Part shown: one piece after another, positions 1-11,357 of the stretch | Numbering within the stretch: position 1 is the stretch's first letter | Layout: each line of letters opens with the position of its first letter | From: Macrostomum lignano | Lineage: Eukaryota | Assembly (NCBI GenBank): GCA_002269645.1 | Contig: NIVC01000128.1 | Coordinates: forward strand, 62,001-126,000 | Direction: 5' to 3' | DNA length: 64,000 nt | Program-made: the position numbers and the translations under genes | The notes under the pieces: generated by a model | What the model saw: only the letters and a program-made list of their open reading frames with translations | What the model was told of the DNA's origin: nothing | Database searches by the model: none

Positions 1-1077
1 ATGCCGCGACGCCGCCTGGAGTTCGCTGACCCGGATTGTCCGCCGCACAGTCACCAGCAGCATCAGCTGATGCCGCAACAGGGTGGCGACTGCAGCATCC
101 CGGAGACGGCAGCCGTTGGTGACGCTGAAATTGAAATCAACGAACGAAGCGGCGTCGGCGGCAGCGCTGGCGGCGGCAGCGGCAGCAGTCTTGCAGGAAG
201 CGTTGCAGTGCCGACTGCATGCTGGAAAACCCTGCTAGCCCTGGCATGCATGGGCGGCGGCATGCTGCTGACCGCCATCAGCCTGGCGTATGTGCACGAC
301 TACGTGCCCGAGTACCCGCCGCTGCCGGACGTCAGCCTCAGACTTGTGCCGCGCAGCGACTGGGCCCTGATGGCCTGCGAGGCCCTGCTACTATTGAACA
401 TGAGCACCGCGCTGGCCCTGTGCTTGGCCCACAGACACCGTTGGGTGCTGCTGCGCAGGACCGGCTTCATACTGGCCATTGTGTTCCTCTATCGCTCCGT
501 GACCATCGCCGTGACCGCCATGCCCGACCCGAACGCCCGACGGCACTGCGGGCCGCGCTCCAACTCCAGCCTGAACTTCGCCGAGATCTACGGCCGAGTT
601 AGCCGCATAGCCATGGGCGCCGGCTTCTCGGTTAGCAACACGCACAACATCTGCGGCGACTCCATCTTTTCGGGGCACACGGCCAGCCTCACCCTGTCCT
701 ACCTGACCATCAGGGAGTATACTCCTGCGACAGCCAGTCCGCTTCGCTGGGCGAGCCTCATCACCTGTCTGATCAGCTTCATGCTGCTGCTGTCCTCGCA
801 CGCCCACTACACGGTGGACCTGATCATCGGCTACTGGCTGGCCAGCCGCCTGTTCCTCGTGTACCACGCCTTGGCCAAGTGCCCCTCTGCGGAACGGCGG
901 AGCAGCCACCTCGCCCAGGTCTGGTGGTATCGCGCATTCGAATTCTTCGAGGCCGGCGTGCCGGGCCGGCTGCCGTGCGAGTTCCAGCTGCCCTGGCCGC
1001 ACGGCTGCTGCCAGAGAGCCTACCGGCGGCTAGGCAGCTTCCGCGAGAGGCTGCTCCGCGGCTTCACCACCCGCTGA
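1..1077 (+). CDS. Sphingomyelin synthase family phosphotransferase (PAP2-like, multi-TM), intronless
   Basis: 358-aa ORF with several hydrophobic segments and the SMS motifs CGDSIFSGHT and HYTVDL (catalytic His/His/Asp intact), plus PLPD and HCGP motifs. No SAM domain is visible. The ORF starts at base 1, so an N-terminal extension cannot be excluded. Confidence 0.9.
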   Translation: MPRRRLEFADPDCPPHSHQQHQLMPQQGGDCSIPETAAVGDAEIEINERSGVGGSAGGGSGSSLAGSVAVPTACWKTLLALACMGGGMLLTAISLAYVHDYVPEYPPLPDVSLRLVPRSDWALMACEALLLLNMSTALALCLAHRHRWVLLRRTGFILAIVFLYRSVTIAVTAMPDPNARRHCGPRSNSSLNFAEIYGRVSRIAMGAGFSVSNTHNICGDSIFSGHTASLTLSYLTIREYTPATASPLRWASLITCLISFMLLLSSHAHYTVDLIIGYWLASRLFLVYHALAKCPSAERRSSHLAQVWWYRAFEFFEAGVPGRLPCEFQLPWPHGCCQRAYRRLGSFRERLLRGFTTR

Positions 1078-2149
1078 GGGCTCCGCCCGCGTGAATTTCA
1101 GATTCATAACAGCCGGGACACTGACAGTACACTGCAAGCCTCTTTCTTCAATCAGTTTAGAATGCTGCGATGCCAAGCCAGACCAAATTAATTTAGCCGA
1201 TTAATCTAGTCTAGCTACTATAAAACTTAATTTTAGAATTTGACGTCGCAGTATTTGAAAATTGGCTGAAAATTGGAGGATAATTTGATCGATTTTTACT
1301 GCTAAAATCAACGTGGTCATGCCAGCAGGTAACTTGTTTGAAACTGTAGCTAACTTGAATAACTTGCATGAATTATATACCTAGCGATGCCAGCCATTCT
1401 GTCACTCATTCACTTCGGTCGGGAAAGCCCGATTGCCAGAGAATTTCATTCACCGTTTTTTGTTGCGTTATTTGCTCGTCACGATTAGTTCGAAAATCTC
1501 AAGTAAACGGGACATTGGATGCTTGCAAGCAGAAAATATGATGATGGACGAGATTTACAGGCGTTTTTTTCTGTGACTCAGGCTTGATTAGTTATCCAAT
1601 ACAAGTTATCGAGTTATCTGCAAGTCATCAAGTCACGTTAAGTTATCTGCACCTAAAAATCCAAGCATGAGCCATAGGAGACAAGTGGATTATCTGAATA
1701 ACGACACTCCAACGACACTGGTTCGATTCCGCACTCGCGTGGCCATTCATTTCGGGCTTGTGAACGAAAATTGGTCCAGAGAGGTTGTGCTGCGATTCGC
1801 AGCCATGAACGCCAGCCCCCAAGGCACACAGAGTGTACATGTCTGACGATTAGAAAGTCAGGGCCGCTGTACACCCGGAGTGAGCGTGTGTATGAGTGCG
1901 TGGCTGCGTACAGCATTAAACCACATGGTCCCCCAAGAGTAAGAGTTTCTTGCTAACTTCGTGGCTTATGCTTAAGTTCCTTGGCAACTCACTCTGAATG
2001 TGGCAACTTCTCTGCAGGAGATGACAATAGAAATAGGGCACTGCAGAATAAATTGCTGGCGAAATTATGAAGTTTTTCCCCGAGGTTGACTCAAAATTTT
2101 ATCAGGATATTTGGTTAAAAATGTCACCGTCAACTGTTACTTATACGAG

Positions 2150-2820
2150 CCAAGATTACTAAAGTAGGAAAGGAAACTACGTTTCTTAGAAAATATTAGT
2201 AGGCGGGTTGCTGGTTTTACCGAAAAAACATTACGGAGATAAGTTTTCATTTTTAGCACAAAAAACTGCTACGGCTCTTGATAAAAGAGAGACACAGTGC
2301 TCATCTTTCGATATGTCTTGCCTTTGTTATAGCTCTATATTGATATTCACAATTAAGGCATTTCGTTTAGAAAATTAGGATTCCATGTTGATTTTATATC
2401 CTCCGACATGTCCCATGCCTAAATAATAAAAAAACTGGCACAACTTGACTCTTTGAGTTTATTAAACTATTTGATCATTCATTCTGTTTCACATTTTGTT
2501 ACTCAGTCATTGAGCTAAGAATGATAAAAAGATTCATAACGTCAATGAGACGAGCTGTGCCATTTTTATGATTCTTTTAGGCACAATATGCATGTACGAA
2601 TGAAAGTAGGATATAAAATTAACACAGAGCACTAATTTTCTAAACGAAAAGCTTTATGAACATCCATAGAGCCATAAGAAGCTGGGCCTGCCCCCTATTC
2701 AAAGCAATAACAATTTTTGTGCTGAAAAAATTAAAACTCCATAATGTTCTTTTCGGTAAAACCTTCCTTCCTAAAAGTTTCTAAGAAATGTTGTTTCTAA
2801 ACTGCCACTTGAGTAGGTCC
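2150..2820. mobile_element. MITE-like element with imperfect long inverted arms
   Basis: ~2150-2290 is the approximate reverse complement of ~2700-2815 (shared tttcttagaaa...ggttttaccgaaaa..acatta.ggag...agcacaaaaa). A related arm occurs at ~13080-13270. Confidence 0.55.
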
Positions 2821-2860
2821 TGGATACGAGCGCATATTGAGTACGAGCGTATCCATCTAA

Positions 2861-4405
2861 CCCGATGAAAGCGGTACCCAGGCCAAGAATCGCCCCGGAG
2901 TCGTTTCAGAGGCGTTGCAGATGACAGGTCAAATAGGAAAGAAGTGATTCTAAACGACTCTAAAACGACGACATGTCACGGTACAAGCCTCCAAAAATTC
3001 GTCAAAGAGTCGCCCCAGAATAACTTTGAAGTGTTTTATTGTCTGCGACTCTGAAACGATTCTGGCGCGACTCTGGTGACTCTGGGGCGACTCTAGTGAC
3101 TCTGGGGCGACTCTAGTGACTCTGGGGCGACTCTAGTGACTCTGGGGCGACTCTAGTGACTCTGGGGCGACTCTAGTGACTCTGGGGCGACTCTAGTGAC
3201 TCTGGGCGACTCTAGTGACTCTGGGGCAACTCTAGTGACTCTGGGGCGACTCTAGTGACTCTGGGGCGACTCTAGTGACTCTGGGGCGACTCTAGTGACT
3301 CTGGGGCGACTCTAGTGACTCTGGGGCGACTCTAGTGACTCTGGGGCGACTCTAGTGACTCTGGGGCGACTCTAGTGACTCTGGGGCGACTCTAGTGACT
3401 CTGGGGCGACTCTAGTGACTCTGGGGCGACGCAAGTGACTCTGGGGCGACTCTAGTGACTCTGGGGCGACTCTAGTGACTCTGGGGCGACTATAGTGACT
3501 CTGGGGCGACTCTAGTGACTCTGGGGCGACTCTAGTGACTCTGGGGCGACTCTAGTGACTCTGGGGCGACTCTAGTGACTCTGGGGCGACTCTAGTGACT
3601 CTGGGGCGACTCTAGTGACTCTGGGGCGACTCTAGTGACTCTGGGGCGACGCAAGTGACTCTGGGGCGACTCTAGTGACTCTGGGGCGACTCTAGTGACT
3701 CTGGGGCGACTATAGTGACTCTGGCGCGACTCTAGTGACTCTGGCGCGACTCTAGTGACTCTGGCGCGACTCTAGTGACTCTGGGGCGACTATAGTGACT
3801 CTGGCGCGACTCTAGTGACTCTGGCGCGACTCTAGTGACTCTGGCGCGACTCTAGTGACTCTGGGGCGACTCTAGTGACTCTGGGGCGACTCTAGTGACT
3901 CTGGGGCGACTCTAGTGACTCTGGGGCGACTCTAGTGACTCTGGGGCGACTCTAGTGACTCTGGGGCGACTCTAGTGACTCTGGGGCGACTCTAGTGACT
4001 CTGGGACGACGGTATAACGATTCTGGGGCCGCACAGTCGTATTTGAGGCGTTCCAGAGTCGCATTAGAGTCACTGAGTTGTGTTTGAATCGCATTTGCGT
4101 CGCTTGATAAATTAGAGTCACATTTCCGGCATTTCAGCGGCGTTCTGCAGTCGCATAAAAGTCGCAGAAAAAGCGCTTTAGCGTCACTGTAGAATCGTTA
4201 GTGCGTCACTTCTGAGGCGTTCTAGGAGAATAGAAAACGCAGCTCATCGACCGTGATTTGTACCGTGACATCTCGTTTTAGAGTCGTTTAGAATCACTTC
4301 TTTCCTATTTGACCTATCATCTGCAACGCGTGTGATGTGAACCGATTCTGGGGCGACGCAAGTGACTCCGGGGCGATTCTTGGCCTGGGTACCGCTTTCA
4401 TCGGG
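2861..4405. mobile_element. Non-autonomous foldback/TIR element with an internal 20-bp minisatellite
   Basis: Termini cccgatgaaagcggtacccaggccaagaatcgccccggagtc (2861) and its reverse complement (ending 4405); inverted similarity continues ~130 bp inward. No clean TSD (ctaa / caat). Related fragments at 4480-4670 and 36820-37025. Confidence 0.8.
3075..4005. repeat. 20-bp tandem repeat (gactctggggcgactctagt), ~46 copies
   Basis: Directly visible with period 20; variants gcgcg, gcaag and tatag occur in blocks. Confidence 0.97.
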
Positions 4406-4687
4406 CAATGAACACTCAGTTTTAGCCTATAGAACCCTGATTGCACTCTAACTAATCTACTGCGTTGTAGAAAGTTAAGCGCCAGCACAATGATTCTTGG
4501 ACGACTTTTTCGCGACTCTTACGATTCTGCAACTCACGTGACACGATTGTGATGCAGAAGTCGCCTCTCCGTCGCATTTGACGCGTTTGAGTCGTTAAAA
4601 AGTCACAAGAGTCACTAGAGAGTTGTTTGCAATGACTCTAGTGATTCTTGTCACGGTATCGTTTTCAACGGGTAATTGACTTCTTAC

Positions 4688-7600
4688 CTGTCCTCCTCTT
4701 CCTCTGCGATCACAGAGTAGTCCTGCAGCGACAGTTTGGCTCGCGGCTCAAGAAAGACGTTGTGCGAATTGAAACGCCTGATTAAAATGCCTTTAGCGTG
4801 CAGGTAGCCGGCCGCCTGCGCCAGGTCACGAATGATTGACAGCTTACTGGCTGAGCCCAGCTTCTCCCTGGGGTGCAGGTGCACCCGGTCGTAGAGAGAC
4901 TGGCCCTTACGCTGGCAGGTGACCACGGCGAAACGCGACGTCGGCGGGTCCATCGACGCGCCCATGAACAGGAAGATGTTCTCGTGCCTGATGAGGCTGA
5001 GCTTGGCCACCTCCTCCCAGAACTTGCTGCGCTCCTTGCAGTCAAGATTCTCGTAGGTGTGAATCGTGACGTCACCGTGCCACTGACCCCTGCGAATGCG
5101 TGGAGTTGCGGGATTTGTCAGTTTGGATCAGGGTTGACAGCTGAAATGTCGGTCACTGCTTGAACTGAAAAAAACTAAACAGATATGAAGTTTTGAGCTC
5201 ATGAGATTTGAGCATACGATATTTGGAGCTTACACTTCTGAGTCGCTAGAGATAACTCACGCCAATTTTTGACTTAGCTAAGTAGAAAAACTTATTTCTT
5301 TAAAAATATTTTAACTAAAAATTTTTTATAAGTTTTTATAGATGTCCTCACCAAAAATCCTTAAAATGTCTAAAAATGACTATAAATTAGATTATTATTT
5401 TGTTCCTCCTCCACGTTTTTTAAACAATAAAATTCATATTGTATGGGCCAGATGTGCAACTGACAGCTCAGCCGCAGCTATCGCGCGGCGCATCTGAAGG
5501 CTGCGTACGGCTGTTCAGTCCAATGACTGGGGGGGGGGGTCACCACACACACCCTCAATTACCCCAGCTAATGCTGGCACCCATTTTACAGCTAGGTGAG
5601 CTGAAATAGTGCAGAGTTAAGCGTCTTGCTCGGTTACACAAATTGTTCCAAGTAGGTTAAGAATCGAACCCCCGACGCTCTAACCACTAGGCTACAACCC
5701 CCATCGTTAAGCTGATATGTGAAGTGTACACGTAAAAGTCAAAGTCAAGTGCCCACTCCAACCTGAACACTTTGCGCCTCCTGCCCTTGGCTAAGCAGTC
5801 TTGAAACACGATGCCGTCATAGGGAATGTTAAATTCGAACTCCTTGATTTCGAAGCTGAAAGAGAATCGAAATCGGGTTTAGGCGATTTGTACTTTTTGA
5901 AAATAAAAAAGCATCAAAACTTTGAAAAGTCGAGCAGAGAAAACGCCCACGCAGTCACATGATTCGAGAAGTTTTGTTCGGTTTCTTTCCACTCCCCCGC
6001 ACCTAGGCCTCCCAGGCCGGTCACTGCTGCTGCTGCGGGATCCAGGCAAGCCAGCAAGAGTCCGATCCAGGGATTGAAAGCGCGATAATTTGGCTCCACA
6101 GATAGGGGAGTTCCAGGGAGCCGCCAGGGCAGCGCCGGTAGGAGGTGCAAATCAGCCCAGCCAAAAGGGTGAGTGGCATGGGAGAGAGAGAGAAGGAAAT
6201 CAATCGATAAAAACTGGCTTGGACAAGAAACCGATTCCCAATTCCCCTGCCCCAAAGCAGAAAGGGCCGGTCCGGGACAAGGGAGACGCGGAGACAACAG
6301 ACAATAAAGCTCATGCACTTACAAACTCCAGAAGATTGATTCATTTTCAACAAAATATGAGACTCAATAATTGCTGACGTCTTCAGTCGAAGTGAGTCGC
6401 TAGGAAAAAGAGGCTTAGCTAATTTTATTATCCTTCTCTGTAGTCGCTGTGAGTAAATAGATTTGTTTTCTGTTGACAGCGGGACACCGGCTGAATATAG
6501 TAGGCGCACAGTTGGAGAACAATGGGACACTTAGATTCCTGTTGATCCCGGCATTATACTTTACCTTCCTCGGCTGTTTTGCACCACGCTATCAACAACT
6601 TGGAAGCAGGCAGCGCCGCCGCCCGTTGAGCAGTCCTCCTCTTCTGTAATTGTGGGGGTGGTTTTGGGGGATTTCCGATCAGGCAACAGTTGAGCTGCAG
6701 TGCACTCGTAGAGAGCTGCATGACCAATCCTGGCTGCAGGCACTCACGCTAGACTTGATCCTGAGATTGACAGGATCGGGGATCGCACCTGTCCCTGGCT
6801 CTGCTTTAATATAATAGTCTGCCCAGAATTAAAAGTTCACAACCCCTTAAAGATCTTTAGCTTTGAAGACGATTGAGAACTAGGGCCGATGACCGATGAC
6901 CGATATCAGCTTATTGATGCACTGGTAAGGTTGAAATTTTTGCCTATGGCATAATAATTAATATAATTTATTAAGTACACCTGCCCTAATAGGCAGATGT
7001 GCAACCGACAGCTCAGCCGCAGCTATTGCGCGGCGCATCTGAAGGCTGCGTACGGCTGTTCAGTCCAAGGACTGGGGAGTCGCCACTGGCCACACACACC
7101 CTCAATTACCCCAGCTAATGCTGGCACCCATTTTACAGCTGGGTGAACTGAAGCAGTGCAGAGTTAAGTGTCTTGATCCAGGACACAAATTGTTCCGAGG
7201 GTCGAGAATCGAACCCCCGACCTTACAGTCGTGAGTCCGACACTCTAATCACTAGGCTGCAACCCCCTCCTGTCTATAGCCTAAAACAAGGAAAACTTGG
7301 TAACTTTGCTATTAAGATATCCTCGGAAACAATAGGGTCCAGTAAACAAGTAAACAGGTCTTACGTGAAGAAGCACAAGCACAATATACAACTACTCCAG
7401 TGTGTACCTGCTTGCTCTCGGAGAGGGAGGTTAGGCGGAGGAAAAGGTTTCTGTTTCCCTGGGTCTTTATAATCGTAGGCTTTACCACGGATTGCGAGGC
7501 TCCAACGGTACTAAAAAGACTGCTCAAACACTCCGTTTGATGCCTATGCAAATGCTGTAGTGGAACACAAAATCCCTGTCTCTAAGCAGCACCGTTCAAT

Positions 7601-10600
7601 AATTGGGCAAAAAGCGGTGAAGGCTGAAGCCCCGGAAGGCAAAAAAAAATTCAGAGCAGTCCGTTCCATCAGTCAGTCGGACAACCAGTTGCCTGCAGCC
7701 TAGGGGTGCAAAAATTGCATCCAATGGCGACTCTCACCGCTGCTAAGCGCAGCCAGTCGCCAACCGCTTGGCGGCCAGGTGGAGCAGAGCAGCAGCTGGC
7801 CCTTCCGCTCCTGCCCGCCGCCGCTGCCTGCCTGCGACTGAAGACTCCAGCTGCGCGCGGTGGTCGCGGCGTCAAGCATCCGGCGGGCGGCCTGGCGCGG
7901 GTTCCTCCGCTGCAGCAGGTCGTAGTCGAGCTGGACGCCCCAGTTGACGAATCCGTCAACAATGGACGAGGAGGCTCCACCGTCGCGGCCGCTGTCGAAG
8001 GTGCCGAAGCCGTTGCTGCTTCCACTGGCGCAGCCGCTTCCACCGCCGATGGTGAAGGCCCCGGCAGCGTCGCCGTCCTCGGTGCGGCACGGCGTCGATG
8101 GCAGATCGGAGGCGGCGGACGAGCAGGCCGACGGGCTGGTGTAGCAGTGCAGCAGATAGTCGCTGTCAAAGCTGCTGCTCATGTTCATGACATTGTGCGC
8201 GTGCTGCAGGTCCGAGTTGCTGCACTCCTGCGGGAACTGCGGGCAGGCGATGTTCAAGTACTGCGCCTTTCCGCCCCTACCGGCCCCGCCGCAGGCGCCG
8301 TTTGCGACACCGTTGTGACCTTCAGCGGAACTGGCTGTCGTTGCAGCCGCGGCAGAGGAGGCTTTGGTCTCGCGGAGCCACTTGGTGAAGAGGCCGCGGA
8401 TGTTGGAGAAGAGGTTCGCAGCTGGTGGTGAAGCAACGTCAGAAGAGGCCGTCGCTGCCGAAGCGACCGTCACGCCGACGACCCCTGAATGAGCAGCCTC
8501 TGATCCGGCCGCTGCCGCTGCGGCCGCTGACTTGCGCATCTCGCGCCGAGCTCTCGAAGTTGACGCGATGGAGGATTTGCGGCTCTTTCGCGACCGGCAG
8601 CTGGCGGCTCCAGTGGAGGAGATCAGCGAGCAGCTGTCGCACTCGCAGTCGTCTCCGCAGTCGGCGCAGACGCCGCTGCTGCCGCCGCCGCCGCCGGCAC
8701 TGCGTCGGGAGAGACGCAGTCGGGGCTGCGGATAAAAGGGCGTCATCTCGGTGGTCTCCACCGCGTTGCTATGTACGATGTCGTACTCGGACTCATCTGT
8801 GGATGGGCGGTTTCGATGCGATCGATTTAGAATAAGATTTCGATATTTTTATATGAACTTCTTGACACGTTTTGAGCATAAAAAATGAAATTAAAGACCC
8901 GAGCTGAGCACCCATATAGTCATAAATGGTTCCAAAACATACCGAACTGAAACTCTGCCACTCTATGCTGCTGCTGTTGCTGAGGCTGCTGCTGCCGCTG
9001 CGGCTGTGGTGCCAGCGCCAGAGCCGTCAGCTGCTTGCGCTGCCCGCCAAGGGGCGGCGGCCGTCGCACGGGGCTCTCCGCCGATCGCTCCGACTGGTAC
9101 GACGAGGACGAAGGCCGGCTGACTGACGTGCCGGTGGAGTCCAGCGGCAGGCGGCTCCGCAGGCTGCCAGCCGAGGTTTCGGACGCGCTGTATGGAAAAT
9201 ATTAGCGACTGTTTATAGGGAAATCAGCAACACGCTTTTACCCCCGAAGCCAGTGGTCAGCTTTAGTCAGAGCTCAGCCACAAGTGACGCAATTTACACC
9301 GCGGTTCTGGTCTCACTCAGAGCTCAGCCACAAGTGACGCAATTTACACCGCGGTTCTGGTCTCACTCAGAGCTCAGCCACAAGTGACGCAATTTACACC
9401 GCGGTTCTGGTCTCACTCAGAGCTCAGCCACAAGTGACGCCATTTACACCGCGGTTCTGGTCTCACTCAGAGCTCAGCCACAAGTGATGCAATTTACACC
9501 GCGGTTCTGGTCTCACTCAGAGCTCAGCCACAAGTGACGCCATTTACACCGCGGTTCTGGTCTCACTCAGAGCTCAGCCACAAGTGACGCAATTTACACC
9601 GCGGTTCTGGTCTCACTCAGAGCTCAGCCACAAGTGACGCAATTTACACCGCGGTTCTGGTCTCACTCAGAGCTCAGCCACAAGTGACGCAATTTACACC
9701 GCGGTTCTGGTCTCACTCAGAGCTCAGCCACAAGTGACGCAATTTACACCGCGGTTCTGGTCTCACTCAGAGCTCAGCCACAAGTGACGCAATTTACACC
9801 GCGGTTCTGGTCTCACTCAGAGCTCAGCCACAAGTGACGCAATTTACACCGCGGTTCTGGTCTCACTCAGAGCTCAGCCACAAGTGACGCAATTTACACC
9901 GCGGTTCTGGTCTCACTCAGAGCTCAGCCACAAGTGACGCAATTTACACCGCGGTTCTGGTCTCACTCAGAGCTCAGCCACAAGTGACGCAATTTACACC
10001 GCGGTTCTGGTCTCACTCAGAGCTCAGCCACAAGTGACGCAATTTACACCGCGGTTCTGGTCTCACTCAGAGCTCAGCCACAAGTGACGCAAGTTACACC
10101 GCGGTTCTGGTCTCAACTGTGTGGGTGATGCAAGTTGCGGCACCAGGCTGCTAGTGTAGGCTGGTGAGGTGAGAGTGGAGCGTTTTCAAGGCGACAGCGG
10201 ACCCTCTAATCGGAAGGCATGTACACTGTCAGCGCTCTTGGGGGCATCAATAGCCTGAGAAACCTTTTTTTGAACTCTGCCAATAGTCATATTTCATCCC
10301 ATTCCAATTTCTCTGCAATTGTTCAGTTTCTCAGTTTTCCTGAGAAAGAAGAAACTTGCAACAATTTGTCTCGCAGCCAGACAAAGTCGTCCCCCAGTAG
10401 CAGATAAGAAAAGCCTGTGCGAAGAACCACATTGGAGGCGAATTAAACTGCACAAAAATCCAACCCTAAATCTGAGCCTGGCAGTAACCGTCTACTGATA
10501 TTGACTACTGTAAGATTTATGACAATTGTGAAACTCAAAGCAAAGAAACAGGAGGTTTTAGAGCGACAAAATTTGAGTGATTTATTTCTATGCCTTTCAA

Positions 10601-11357
10601 GGTTAGCTATCTATTTTATTTTTTTTTCATGTTGACTCGATTAGCAATCTATTATATTCCTTCATCTATGCATTGGATAGATTAGCAATCCATTCTATTA
10701 TTTCATCTATGCATTGGATAGATTAGCAATCCATTCTATTATTTCATCTATGCATTGAATAGATTAGCAATCCATTCTATTCCTTCATCTATGCATTGAA
10801 TAGATTAGCAATCCATTCTATTCCTTCATCTATGCATTGAATAGATTAGCAATCCATTATATTCCTTCATCTATGCATTGAATAGATCAGCAATCCATTC
10901 TATTCCTTTATCTATGCATTGAATAGATTAGCAATCCATTCTATTCCTTTATCTATGCATTGGATAGATTAGCAATCCATTATATTCCTTTATCTATGCA
11001 TTGGATAGATTAGCAATCCATTATATTCCTTCATCTATGCATTGAATAGATTAGCAATCCATTCTATTCCTTCATCTATGCATTGAATAGATTAGCAATC
11101 CATTCTATTCCTTCATCTATGCATTGGATAGATTAGCAATCCATTCTATTCCTTCATCTATGCATTGTCTAGATTAAGCAGTCCTCTCCTTCTTCATCCG
11201 ATATAGGAGTTGCCCCAAACTCAGCAGCCAAGTCGATAGGCAGGCTCGCATTTTCACTCACTTGTCCCTGAAGATGTTGTCGTCCATGCCAGCGCAGCAG
11301 TGCCTGTTGCGCTGCGTGAAGCCGCCGGCTTGCTGAGAAATCATGCTGCAGTTTCTT
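4688..11357 (-). CDS. KSR/RAF-family pseudokinase (KSR3-like), partial. Exons 11262-11357, 10067-10147, 8943-9187, 7738-8796, 6565-6733, 5763-5855, 4688-5089; possible micro-exon 1993-2011
   Basis: Spliced translation EFNIPYDGIVFQDCLAKGRRRKVFR|GQWHGDVTIH...EEVAKLSLIRHENIFLFMGA...YLHAKGILIRRFNSHNVFLE...LQDYS matches the RAF/KSR kinase N-lobe (W-H-G-[DE]-V, RHENxxLFMG, YLHAKGI). All GT-AG junctions are phase-compatible. The two most upstream exons are less certain. Confidence 0.82.
5445..5702 (-). mobile_element. tRNA-derived SINE, copy 1 (head partly deleted)
   Basis: Highly similar to 6980-7266 and to the reverse complement of 49906-50190; B-box GGTTCGATTC present on the minus strand. Confidence 0.8.
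6980..7266 (-). mobile_element. tRNA-derived SINE, copy 2
   Basis: Minus strand begins ggggttgcagcctagtgattagagtgtcggactcacgactgtaaggtcgggggttcgattc (tRNA-like A/B boxes), followed by core cttcagttcacccagctgtaaaatgggtgccagc and an AT-rich tail. Confidence 0.85.
9268..10114. repeat. 50-bp tandem repeat, ~17 near-identical copies
   Basis: Unit agagctcagccacaagtgacgcaatttacaccgcggttctggtctcactc, period 50. Confidence 0.97.
10637..11172. repeat. 41-bp tandem repeat, ~13 copies
   Basis: Unit gattagcaatccattctattccttcatctatgcattgaata, period 41; intronic in the kinase model. Confidence 0.95.

Noticed and set aside
7195-7266. tRNA gene
   Set aside because: The tRNA-like sequence is the degenerate head of a SINE present in three diverged copies; I could not fold a convincing cloverleaf.
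7669-8835. Overlapping alternative-frame and antisense ORFs over the SMS gene and the large kinase exon
   Set aside because: Expected shadow ORFs of GC-rich coding DNA, with no recognisable domains.
9268-10114. Regular arrays as possible CRISPR
   Set aside because: Head-to-tail identical units with no unique spacers, no cas genes, and a eukaryotic context. The same holds for all other arrays here.
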